From: Lingula anatina
Lineage: Eukaryota; Animalia; Brachiopoda
Assembly: GCA_051362555.1 (NCBI GenBank)
Contig: CM120641.1
Location: 17,112,001 to 17,176,000, forward strand
DNA: 64,000 nt
Direction of reading: 5' to 3'
The notes beneath the pieces are model-generated. The model had not been told where the DNA came from. It ran no database searches and worked only from the letters and a program-made list of their open reading frames with translations. Positions 41,286-53,158 of this stretch are shown piece after piece. The stretch's first letter is position 1. Each line of letters opens with the position of its first letter. Made by a program: the position numbers and the translations under genes.

Positions 41286-43896
41286 CATCCTAAATGTCTA
41301 GGACAGCTGAGCGATGAAATTAATTCCATGCAAAATTTGTCGCTGGAAAGAATTGTTAAGAATTAGCAAGAGACATCTGTGACTATCTAGTGAAAAATCA
41401 GTCTGTGGCCCTGGTAGAATCTGGTCGAGGGTACTGAATTTCCCCTTTCTTAGTAAATTAACTAGTGTCAATACGGCACCACTGCAAAAATATTGTCTAT
41501 CTTCGCTCCTTACGGATTAAATCGCACTATAAATGACAACCGAATATGAATACTAACCAAAGTTGGTTTCATCTTGTCAATTAACAACACCATGTCTGTG
41601 TAGTGTTTGCTGGCAGCATAGCGTATGAGCTGACACCCATTCTAAAACGTCAACAAAATCACCATGTAAAGCAATATACTGCAAACAGCCTCATTCTTTT
41701 ATGAATGTAACTGGAGACATACTGGTTTTATACAAATGAATGTCAAAAGATGTATCGTAATTGTTCATTTAAATTCATAAGTGTTGTTCATATAATGATA
41801 TTGCAATTAACTTAATTCTGGCGTCTTTAAAACGTTTCTTACATTGTGCTAGTTTGTTTAGAAGAATCTGATTTGTGTGTTTTATTTTTCTTAAAGACAA
41901 CAAAAGGCAGAATAGAAAACAAAACACGCTTTTACTAACCCGTTCTACACTGAGCTTACACCAGTTTTGTATCAGTTCGTCTAAGCGCTGGAGATCGTGG
42001 TCTTCGATAGTTTGGAAAGGACCTGGCTGTAACAGATATATTCATGCCACTTACAATATGATACAGGTAGCTGGGGATATGATTCGTAAATGTGGTCATT
42101 TCTTAAACAGGCCTACCCAACTACCAGACTCGTTTTCAAGCTGTGTATCAGTACGCATTTCACAGTATCAGACGCAACACCGCTCTTGATAGATGTGATA
42201 GTGACGATTCTCAGCGGGGTTGAAAAGCATTGCATCACCACTCAAAATTTGTTCAGGGTATGATACTGTGTAATGCGTACTGACTCACACCTTGAAAACG
42301 GGTAGTGTGGTCTGATCTACCGATGAATTCAGGATCATTCGGTGCCGAGTCTGGTAGTTGGGTAGGCCTGTTAAAAGGTAACACGTCACCGATATTTAGC
42401 TATGCAGCGACCCCCTGCGAATAAGATTACTTTCCTCCACATAAACCCAGTAAGTCCGTCAAAGGCGATGATACATGTATCTTATAAAAAGACTGAAACT
42501 CGACGAACCCTATACCAAACGAACCCTATACTAGTATACATACTCGGAAAAGGATATATATATTTATGTATAATATGATATAATGCGATAAAGATTTGCA
42601 CAATTTGATGTGTATTGAAATTTAAGTCAAATTTGTTTCAGTTGTCCCCCCTCATTGCTATGATCCTCAACGTCCCTTCTTTCATGTCATGCTCACAAAA
42701 GTAACAAATTTAAACAAAATATTGAACACTTTCCCACTTACGCTATATTTCTTGTAAAAATCGTGCCAGTATTTACAGTGTTGAGGTATCTCCTCGGCCA
42801 ATTTATTAGCCTGAAAAAATGATAAATGAATAAAATACACTCGAATCGTAACGTAAATATAAACAAGGATTACGAGATTAAGATTAGAGCGCTGACAAAA
42901 AGGGGGGTAGACACTTTGAGGGAAACAAATTTACTTCTAAATTTACACCCTGAAAAGAAAGAATTATTTCCTACGTGATTTTAAGGCTTTTGCTAATGTT
43001 TTATATTGACTTACTTTATTTCTAATAAAGGGGTCCACCCCGCATGCCATAAGATCAGCCACGTGGCCGGGTTCGTTGTGAAGTGCTGTCACGTGGAGAG
43101 CCGTGCTTCCGTCCTAGAACGAGCATTAAGATGCTACGGAGTTGCCGACATATTTTTCTAGCTATTGATTCTACGACAACGACACCAAATAAATCTTATT
43201 ATAAATATTATTAATAGAAAATAGAGAATGGAATAAACTGTAACCCGAGAATAAATACAATCGAGAGTCAAGCTTGATTACAAGGGCAGAGTTGGTAATA
43301 CGTTTTTTTCTTTGAAATGAACACCATATTAATATCCACTCCCTTTATATAAGAATTTTAGACATATTGCAAATAGCACTGAAGAGTAATGAGGAGCAGC
43401 GTAGGAGTAGACGTTATTTTTACACAGAAGCCTTTGATGTATTCAATCATTTTGAATAAAGTTAGAGTAGGAGGTCGGCTCACTGCTGATGTAAGGGCAA
43501 GCTCTTCATTGTCCCCTCATGTTTTACTTTCAATTTTTCTTTACTTGATTTATTTTTAAACCATCGGTGAGGCATAATTAGTGCGAACATTGCGTGCATG
43601 CTACTTTTCCCAGCCGCACATTGTTCTTGACACACAACGCCCTCCAGTGTCAACAAGGGTGAAAAAAAGGTGACGCGTGACGTTATTACAACAACGCTGG
43701 TCTTGCGTATTTCGATTTGATATGCTGAGAGGGCAATCAGGGGCTGGGGGCGCTCTGGAGAAACCAGGAGATGCAGGTGTCGATGTTCCAATCCAAATCA
43801 TTTTCAACACAACCTCCAAGAGTAATTCGAAAGCACAAAAAGAGGAGACAAGAAACATTCGTTTGTTCATATCTAAAAAAACTTGTTTCTTTTAAC

Positions 43897-43931
<35 letters not shown>

Positions 43932-44807
43932 GTTAATTTGTTTCATTACTCACCTTATTTTGAGCGTTGATGTCGATATCTGCTGCAACCAGTGTGTGGA
44001 AAATGAACGGGCGGTGCATGGTGCACACATAATGTAAGTAAGTGTTGCCTTTCTGCAATGCAATGCGTTATCTTTATTTTTCTCACTATCGTCTATTCAT
44101 TTATTTTTATTTATTGTTGATTACATATTCCAAATTATTGCCATGCTGAAACTATGAAAATTATCTTATCCACAAAATAGATCAATCCATTCATTTAAGC
44201 ATTTTATATCAAGCTGATATCTACCAGACTGAGGACCACGCGTAATAATATGATTTAGTACACATACCGTATGTGTACTTGATGTTATTTTTGTCACACG
44301 CATACACACACGTGTGACAAAAATATTTAAAAAGTCATTAATCATAGTAGTTTAAGAGCGACTCACTTTATCCTTATAAAGCACGTCATCCACATCGACT
44401 TCACGTAAATATCTCTTCCTGTTGACATCTGACTTGGTGGCAATCAATCTCTTTAACAGATACAAGTCTTCACTGTAAATCGCCTTGCCTATGGCAGTCT
44501 TAAAGAAAGAAGCAAGTTAGAGTAGATGGCAAATATATCAGAAGCTTCATATATCGCATTGGCATTTGGGTCACTGTAGCTTTATTTAAATCAATCTTTA
44601 ATCATCGGACACACATTCAGAGAGAAAGAGAGAGAGAGCGGATTCAAGAATTATATGTATACTTGAATACACTGATTTTGCACGCTTTTACGCACACACC
44701 AACGCGCACACGTGTGATAAGCAAGTTAAATAGCAACAGCAACGACATGCAGCCATAATGGAGCGTTCCAAGCCTACCTGTTCAAGCTCAGACATCTCCC
44801 CTGCCAT
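34894..44807 (-). CDS. Uncharacterised multi-ankyrin-repeat protein, 21 coding exons, about 709 aa
   Basis: Exons in 5'->3' order on minus: 44807-44778, 44498-44367, 44052-43954, 43113-43015, 42810-42742, 42026-41940, 41641-41558, 41151-41065, 39901-39779, 39518-39420, 39045-38935, 38355-38287, 37850-37761, 37444-37250, 36996-36889, 36663-36562, 36297-36223, 36053-36012, 35783-35679, 35459-35331, 35088-34894 (2130 nt, ends TGA). Ankyrin motifs include KGNTYLHY..DINAQNK, DGSTALHV, SGRTALMYA, GGRTPLLKA and WRTSLHYAA..GADQTAKD. The ATG is in an aacATGg context with an in-frame TAG upstream. Confidence 0.88.
37046..37085. repeat. (GA)n microsatellite
   Basis: Read directly from the sequence. Confidence 0.97.
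38408..38644. mobile_element. MITE / non-autonomous Tc1-mariner-type element in an ankyrin gene intron
   Basis: TIRs of about 28 bp (cacacactggacaatagaagtgtcacccc ... ggggtgacacttctatgtccagtgtgtg, one indel), flanked by TA on both sides (38406-38407 and 38645-38646). Confidence 0.8.
41239..41281. repeat. (AG)n microsatellite
   Basis: Read directly from the sequence. Confidence 0.97.
42108..42370. mobile_element. MITE with CAGGCC termini and a 5-bp TTAAA target-site duplication
   Basis: Perfect 25-bp TIR caggcctacccaactaccagactcg / cgagtctggtagttgggtaggcctg, with TTAAA at 42103-42107 and 42371-42375. An inner inverted repeat pairs 42131-42170 with 42261-42300. Confidence 0.85.
43899..43929. 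repeat. (GT)n microsatellite
   Basis: Read directly from the sequence. Confidence 0.97.
44257..44325. repeat. Two adjacent perfect hairpins in an ankyrin gene intron
   Basis: agtacacatac-c-gtatgtgtact (11-bp arms) and tatttttgtcacacg-[10 nt]-cgtgtgacaaaaata (15-bp arms). Confidence 0.8.
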
Positions 44808-45806
44808 GTTGAGCTACAGTAATGCCTTCACATGATCGATATGAAAACAGAGATCCTGCAAGGAAAGAATAAACAATACTATAATCACCCGATGAACCTG
44901 AACAGAAATAATTGTAAAATTTAAATGGTTCGAATGAGTTCAACTAGTACCGGGTAGGTGTACATCATGAGGACAAACAGGCATGCATGGAGACTGCTCG
45001 CGATGTTGTCATGTAAATAAAAGTTTTGTTGACATAAAAGGTCAAATGTACTACTATCTGTCAAATTATTCGTTTAACCGTCGTTATTTAATTTGTTAAC
45101 TCTTAATTCATGACCATACTTGATACTATAGTCTACATACCGTATGTTACGTGTAACCATTACATGTAGTTCACTGTAAAATTGGCTACAAATACAACAT
45201 TGTTTGTGAGACGCCAGCCATCGAACTTTTAGAAGTGTTGTGATTCTAAAATACTACCAACCACCATTGAGAAAAAACAAAATGTGAAATCGCTGGTATA
45301 GGCCATATTCATATTGCAGATTTGTTACAAGTGCATACATGTACGTAGTTATTACAGCGTATATGCGATATGCCCTTCTCTTCAGCAAGCTGTATGTTTA
45401 ATCACACATCTCTCTCAAGGTGACTTAACATTCAGCAGAGAATCACAAGATGTTTGTCGATCACACGAGCAGAAAATCGCACTTACTTTGAGCCCGATTT
45501 CCTCGCGAAGGTATAAGTCTTGACTTCTTTCTCTCCCAGCTCCACTGCAGGTCGCCATCTTGTATCCATTGTAAACAATGTATTGAATATCGACCATGGT
45601 GTGCTGTGTAAACTGTGGACCCAGCACTTGAAAGGCGCAGTTCTTGTGAAAAGATTTGGAAGATCAATTGTTATTTAAAACGCTTAATCCTAAGTGACGA
45701 ACATTTAAAGTTGCACACTGATTTAAACGCGTCGACGAGACCATGAAATATGTCTTTCATGCAATATGTGTCGAGTTTTTTCTTAATTTCTTTTCTTGAA
45801 GTCCAT

Positions 45807-45807
<1 letters not shown>

Positions 45808-45875
<68 letters not shown>
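45808..45875. repeat. Compound (CT)n(AC)n microsatellite
   Basis: Read directly from the sequence. Confidence 0.97.
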
Positions 45876-46425
45876 TTTTTTTCAAGCGCTCGCTTCCTTT
45901 CTTACGTGCGTGGTTTTATTGAAAAGGGTTACCATGTCTAAATTTGGGGGGGGGGGGGGGGCAAACACAACTTGTAGATAGATAACTGAAAAAAACATAT
46001 GTGCAACACAAATACTTTAAAAATGAATATTTTAAATGTCTCCAGTATTTAACAGAAAGTTTCAATGATCGAAGATCGATGATGAACTCAAATATTTTTT
46101 TCAGATCCATTTCCCGCCGCATTTATTTGCAAAGAAAACGACTATTAGATTAGTCAGTTGGGAAATGTGGGCTTTTTGTCCAACCAATTCCCATAGTGAT
46201 AAATCGGCTTTAAAAAGGTAAAATTCTCCGAAATTCAATATCTAGATTTTTTTCGTTTTCGTCGAATTTGCGTGACACACCGAACAGTCAGATTTCATCG
46301 CGAGGACGGTGCAACTGCGCCATATTTATTCAGTCATCTATCTATTGATGAGTTCAGACATAAAATATATGTACATAAAATTCAAATTGTAAACCCGTAA
46401 ACTCTCGTCCCTGACATTGGGAGAC

Positions 46426-46486
46426 GTGACGTCGTGAAGACAACGGACAGCGCAATGTGACTTACGTCATAACCAGGATGACGTCA
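46426..46486. promoter_or_regulatory. CRE/ATF-like site cluster in the divergent promoter region
   Basis: Perfect TGACGTCA at 46479-46486, TTACGTCA at 46462-46469 and GTGACGTC at 46426-46433, all 60-120 nt upstream of the EF-hand gene ATG. Confidence 0.5.
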
Positions 46487-46544
46487 TGGTAGAAAAAACC
46501 TGGGTAATCCAACAAGCAACATGTTTGCCGGGGACTAAAATAAT

Positions 46545-47414
46545 ATGAGCGAACAGCGTAAAAAATCGCATAACTATCAGAATCCTGGAAATTGGTACAA
46601 GGGGCGGCGCAATGCAATAAGTAAGGATGTGGCACGGAAAAGGAAACAATCACAAAGCAAAAAGAACCACCATTTTCACCTGTCAGTGGTGAATTACGAT
46701 AGCAACGCAACAAGCAAAGGCGAAGGTTTAAAAAATTTGCCGAGATCATCTACTCACAGCGAGAAATCAAATGCAGAATTGACGTCCTCTCAAATTGCAG
46801 GTAGTAATTTAAAATTATTTTGAATTTATTTTGTCAAAATGGTTAGAGACAAACTCATCTAAGGCGCCCATGCCGCACACGTTATAGAGATTATAGTCGC
46901 TACACGACACTAAGAAGTGACGTGCGCTAAGAAAGAAATTAACGTCTGTCACTGATAGACATTCAAATAAACAGATTATGTCACATTAAAAAAGACTGAG
47001 TAGAGCTGAATTCTTCTCGTAGAATGATTGTTACACGTACCCTGTATTACTATTTACATGTATCAAAGTCGAACGATTTTTCTTTAGCATCTTTCATTCT
47101 CGTTGTAGTTATAACACACATTGAAATGACAGTTGTTGAATTAACAATGAAGTAAACTTATTCCACGCTTCAGCGTTCCGAGAGATATTTGATCTATTTG
47201 ACAGCAATGGAGGAGGAACCATCGATGCCGAGGAGTTCGACAAGACCCTGCGTTCTGTTGGGGTTACCCTGTCTCACGATGAGATCAGAGAAATTATGTG
47301 CAAAATAGACAAGGACCGTACGTAATAAAGCCATGTTAATTTGGCAATACTATACCACTGTAAAAGAAGCAAAGTTTTGTTAATAAAAGTAAAGAAATAG
47401 TCTTCAGATAACAT

Positions 47415-47467
<53 letters not shown>

Positions 47468-50409
47468 GTCACATTTTATTTCGTTTCACTGCTTCTTTCC
47501 TGATTCCTTGTAGAGAGCGGTGAAATAGACTTTGAAGAGTTCCTAGAAATCATGACAAGCACGGAACAATTTTTGGAGGCCTTTGGTAAACTTTATATCT
47601 TTTATGACATTTTGTAGTGTTAAAACATCACATGCATTCAGATCAAAGTAATTCGTAATGGAACATAGTGCGCAATTTATTGTTAAGGAAAACAGGTACA
47701 TGTAATGTGTTGGATGACTTTATATACATTGTGCATATCATTTATATACATTGTGCATATCAAATGGAGGTGTTGCTTTGGAATTTTCACTCCAATTAGA
47801 AAAGAACATCATTGTTATTAAAATGTTTTAGCAATATTATTTTTATACTATAGCAAATAACCACGCAGACGAAAAGGAGAGTCGAGGGTCTGACGTCCTG
47901 TACGATGCGCTGACAAGATTTCTTAAATCTTGTGCTTTGGCAAATATGGATGAAATTGTGGGGTATGACTCTCTCTCTCTCTCTCTCTCTCATTAACAAT
48001 ATCTCTCTCATAACACAACATGTTGCAATTGAAACAAATTCTGAATATGCAAAATAAAAGTATTTGAGAGTATGCTTACAAATGCAGCTGCCTACATCTA
48101 ATGATACACGGTGTTTTTCCTGACAATAGATTTGACGTGTATTGTTTTATTGTCCGTCAGTTTCTACCACACGACATACAAGCACATCCAGGCTCCCCAT
48201 GTGGTCGGATATTATGCTGCAGGCGCCAGAGTGATTGGGCTTAACGAGAAGGAACTGGTCCAGCATTTCGAGAACATTAGGGCTCACAATGCAGGTTAAC
48301 AGTAATATGTATTTAGATTATATTTGCCCCCCCCCCCCCCCCCCAACACGTCTCTCTTAATTTTTACTCTAATCCTCACAATCAAAGTTGTCCCAAAAAT
48401 TGTTGCTGTATAAAATTGAATGTTTTCATCTACAAATAAAGTTGCAACTGAATGAGTCATGACATATTCTTACAGAACACTTTTAAATTCACAGCATATG
48501 GTGAGAAGTACGAGAAGAGCCCGTATGCCCAACAACCCCACGTGATACCTTCAGGCAGAACAAGCCTAAAGCATAACATGGCACGCAACACCAAGAAGAA
48601 CAGGAAAAGAGGGAAAATCAAGATAAAGGTTTTACTGAAGCATCCTGAGGCGGAACAGAGCCCTGACATGGGGAGACTCTCCGACTCCTTCCCAAGGGTG
48701 TCTTGCATAGGCCAGAGACAGGAAAATATGCCACACGAAAGAGATGTAATTTTGTATCTTTCTATTCTTTTTTTTTTTTTTTTTCAATTTAACTTTACAT
48801 TCTGATATTTTGACAGAACAAAATGTAAAACACTAATTACCATCCACCCGTCACATATCCACTTTTCTCACCAATTCTCTTTTTTTCGTTCAATTTTTTT
48901 TTAAATAATTCGTGCATGAATAACAGAAACCATGTATACAGTAACTTTTATTTTGTTGGTCACATTGTAGTACCTTCGGCCACTGGACCCCCGGAACCGT
49001 CGCAATGGGTGGATGACACATCGCTTGAAGCACACATGGGTTCGTCTACCAGGGATCCATCTGAAAGATGCCAGACGATTTGATACCCTCACAGCCGAAG
49101 ATTTACCAAGTATCAGAACAAGCGTAAGTTTTAAAATGGATATTGATACTGGTGTAAAGGGAAGTTTAAGACAACTATCTACGTCTCTTATTGTTTCTAT
49201 TATATATCCTCTATATTCAGTAGCTGAACCTGTGGAGTCTAATTAAAGAAAAAAAAAACTTCGGTCATTGAATGTGGTGCCGAAGCAATCGAGATGAAAA
49301 AGCATCTCTGTTTTGTATCTGAATTAGATATAAACAACATAAGTGAAGTTAAAATCAGTTGTTTAACCGTCAATTGAAACAAGGAGGTAAAACAAAAACG
49401 AAGAGAAATATTGTGAAGGGTAGTTTTGAGTAAAGTCAGGGGAAATATGCGACAGAAAGTCGGAAAGTGCGTTGGTGTATGTAGCATAAGTAACGGTTTT
49501 CCTGGAATGGCAAACCAATAGAGGGCGCTTCAATCTGACCACAGGGTCCACCAAAAGTCTGTTACAAAATTATTGTATCAGTACAATACTTGAATTTTGT
49601 ATACTACTTTAGAGGTCTCTGATATCAGAGGGAACGAGGGCGAGTTCATGTTCTTATCTCAACACGCGTTTCACGAAAGAATGTTGTGGTTGCTTAAACG
49701 TGACCACACTTAAAGCAAGCAAACTATTTCTTGTTTAATTCTACATGCATTTACAGCAAATCCTCTTTGTCATTATTGCCACACCCCCGTTTCACAAGCA
49801 TTCATACTAATTAAAAAAAAACACTTTTGATATAAATCATACCTGCTTTCCTTTCCGAAATCACCACCGTGATGTGTTTAATGTTAGACCGGTGCCCAGC
49901 ACAATGATATATCACAATTGTCCTACTGGAACACAGAATAATGTACGGTGCAGATACACCACAATTAACCATTTTGACATCTCAAATAGGAATGGCTCGT
50001 TGTTTATAGTTTTCTTTTTCGCTGAAACAATGGAACCTACATACTAATTGCCAAGTAAATACGAACTGTAGGCGGAAATAATGAATACACCTACCGGTAC
50101 CCAAATAAATGTTATTAATTCCCAGTATTTTGAAGAAATTAATGTTCCAACACGCCTTCCTTGAAATACTAACCACATGTATACTATTAAAAGCCAAATT
50201 CTTGGCTGACATGATGCTGCTATAATAAGTAAATTTAATGCTTTATCTATCAGGTCGCAGTTGCCAAAAAGGCATACCAGTCCCATTTGAGGGAAGAGCA
50301 GCAGTGTGAAACCATGCAGCACTGGAAGGCGCTGAAACCAACAGCGATACATTCGCGGATGTTACGTAACCATTTCCGCCAAGTTTTCTGCGCATACTCT
50401 GCTGTATAA
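46545..50409 (+). CDS. EFCAB3: EF-hand calcium-binding domain protein, EFCAB3/SPATA21-like, 8 exons, about 424 aa
   Basis: Exons 46545-46800, 47174-47317, 47514-47585, 47854-47962, 48161-48294, 48495-48745, 48971-49123 and 50254-50409 are frame-consistent and end in TAA. They encode EF-hands AFREIFDLFDSNGGGTIDAEEF and DKDQSGEIDFEEF. Downstream blocks (VLYDALTRFLKSCAL, EIVGFY, YAAGARVIGLNEKEL, KSPYAQ) parallel EFCAB3-family blocks as I recall them, so the family assignment needs a homology search. Confidence 0.82.
47423..47464. repeat. (CT)n microsatellite
   Basis: Read directly from the sequence. Confidence 0.97.
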
Positions 50410-53010
50410 TTAAGGCATTTATAAGAATATCACGTGGATTTCACAAAAATCATATTTTATGTTTTTCAAATGAGAGAATAATTAAGAATTACTAGAGAGC
50501 TTAAAATGCTAATATTTTGTTTCATTTGTATGTATGTTCTTTTGTTAGCTTTTATTGTAATTCTTGTCCCGTTTATTTATTTGCCGATGATAACTTCCAA
50601 TAAGTCAAATTAGCTTTGTGGTAACTTAGAAATAGGATAAACTATGAATCAGAAATGACTTTAATTTGTATTCTGAGTAATGCGACATGTATTTACCCGA
50701 CCGCAACAGCAGGAAAGCCGAGTCTCCTGCATACAGTGAAATATGCCATATCTTTATGTCCAATATGCGATGATGCGTCATGACAATAATCGGTAAATAA
50801 AGATAATTTATTTATAGATATATGTTATTGAGATTGTTGATTCAATATGATATTGCCCGTACGGTAAGATTTATGACTGGTAATTCTTAAAGGAACATAT
50901 AACGTTTTAATACTCATTGTCGCTTCTCTATCCCATTAGAATAAGTATCGTGATAGAACGAGCGGAACATACCTCTCGCTTGATGATGTTTTGTCAAGAG
51001 ATTGTGAATGGAATAGTCATTTCACAAACAAATGGGCTGCTCTAGACCATTACCATTGTCGTCATGGGTGAATCTGGGTAACGCTCCGTTATCTATACAT
51101 TATACCACGATGTACTGTACACTATTTATCTCTAGCGATCGTTTAATTCGTGCCATTATTTGACGTGTGACAAATCAGAAGTAAAGTGCTGGACTGAAAT
51201 ACTTAAAATAATTGAAACGCACTTCAGTTAACTTCAGCTCAATAGGTTAAGATATATTTAGTATTATAGAGTTAGCCATGGAGCTGACTCTCAACGGGAC
51301 AGTTGATAACAGATATTCACTTGAAATAAGGGACTGAAAGAACGTTTCAATACCTGTTCAGTCAGGGGAGAGATTAAACTCAAAAATGACTGTAGGGACT
51401 GTATCAACCATCAATTTTAGATTATCCATGAGCTCAGTGTAATCATCAATGAAGCGTTTTCTGTGAGTAACGTGCTGACAACCCATAGCAGAACCAAGGA
51501 GTGTTAACTAAAATAATGCTAGACAAGAGAATAGGGCTGGGTGCATGTATGGAATATGAAGAAATGTCAACTGCAAGACGTAGATGTTATGAAGTTGAGA
51601 CAATCTAAACCCCCTCTTTTCCCTCTCCTCCACACACTTTCTTTTTCTCCGTTTTCTAACACGCCGTTGATTTTGAACACAGTAATGTGCGGATTCGAAT
51701 ATTGCGTCAATTAATATTCATAGTCCATATGAGCAACCAAAAAACACAACGCCTATGTGGGTTAATGATTCTATACTTAAAAGTTGGATGATTTTCCCGT
51801 TAGTTTCATCCTTTACTGTTCCTTACTCCCATTCTCACCTTCAGCCAAGCAATGAAGTAAAAGTCATTTTATGCGCTAGAATAACGACGTTTTATATTAC
51901 TTGGAAGTTCCAGTATTTGATTTGCTACATGAACTATCAGTGAAGTAATTTGTTGACATAAACTTGTTCAGGGTGTTTAAAAAGTATAAATTGTTCAGCG
52001 TTTCAAAGCGGAACTGTCCTAACAGGTCTGTAATAATATTGAAACAAGGCACCTTCCACAAAAGTTCTTTACAGTTAATTGCACGTCATAAAATTGAATC
52101 TTCGTTATTAGACATTTCCTTGGCTAGTTGCCATTTAGCATCTCAAAAGTTTGTTTTAGACGCTGGGTCAAAATGGCTATTCTGTGTACACATTGGAGTT
52201 TCTTAACTACCCGCGTCATCACAAAAAACACAAAAATTAAGGCATCCGTTCGCTGCATCCTGTTTTTTAACTGTCTGTCATTCTTTCAGACACATTCCTG
52301 AAGGACATGTTTAGCAAGTCATTAGACCAGAGCGGTGACGGATTCGTATTATTGCGTCTCCATTTTTAAATATCAACCATCGATGCGTCAAAGTAGGTAA
52401 CTGGATTAGTTTTTATCGGTCAGTTAATAGATATATTTCATACCTTTGGCACGGAAGTAAATAAAATATGCCTGGAAAGACCATTATATTTGTGTCATTT
52501 TAGATGGCATTTATAAGTGAAACACCCTGCGACGCATGCAATAGCCTTTATTTCAAGCTAGCTGATAAGATCCTTCTATTTTTTTTCCGATCCAACGATT
52601 ATTCCGAGCGCCTATTGATGAGCTTATGGCATTTTTAGCATCGTTTGCTAGTTGATAAATATATCAAGTCAACTGAATCTTGACTAAGCAATGATTTGGG
52701 CACTGAGATAAAAGGAAAATCCGAACATTTCGTAGGTGCGAATACAATTATCCGTCTTTCGTGAAGCCGTCACAAACTTATCACCCTGATTGGTTCTTTA
52801 AGTCTGAATAAATTAGGCGGGAAATCCACTTAATGAACAAATCGATCAGCCAGGGAAGGTCCTTTACGCGTTTTCTCTTTATAACTCGAGTCACTCTGGC
52901 AAAGAATCAGAAATGTAATTTTTCTGTTCACTGGCCGATAGTTGCTACGTCTCAGTATCTTGATTTTGATCCAGCAGGCTTTTAATTTTAGTCAGAAAGT
53001 CGGAGACGCT

Positions 53011-53158
53011 TGATTGGAGTGGGTGGGTTATTTTCGTTTGATTGGCCAGTTACGCAGTGACAACCGTTGACATTCAGATATAAAACCAAGATTAGATTTC
53101 TATTAGGAGCACTAGCCGAAAGATCAACTTACGTTGGGCCCATGCAAGACAGGTAAGG
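53011..53158 (+). promoter_or_regulatory. Core promoter and short first exon of an unidentified downstream gene
   Basis: Inverted CCAAT (ATTGG) at 53013-53017 and 53041-53045 (another at 52789-52793), a GC/GT box GGGTGGG between them, TATAAAA at 53079-53085, and a consensus donor CAG|GTAAGG at 53152/53153. Confidence 0.6.

Noticed and set aside
43480-44037. Cluster of overlapping ORFs on both strands in a GC-richer intron segment
   Set aside because: No recognisable domain, and partly microsatellite-derived. The ankyrin exon chain is complete without it.
45671-45981. ORFs with RERERE or SLSLSL runs
   Set aside because: These are microsatellite translations.
47719-47762. Exact 22-bp tandem duplication, and similar small ones near 39328, 42503 and 54330-54500
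   Set aside because: These are ordinary slippage duplications in introns or intergenic DNA.
49124-49560. Read-through of ORF 49013-49246 or nearby acceptors as the EF-hand gene end
   Set aside because: There is a consensus GTAAGT donor at 49124 and a well-formed in-frame terminal exon at 50254-50409. The nearer acceptors give immediate stops.
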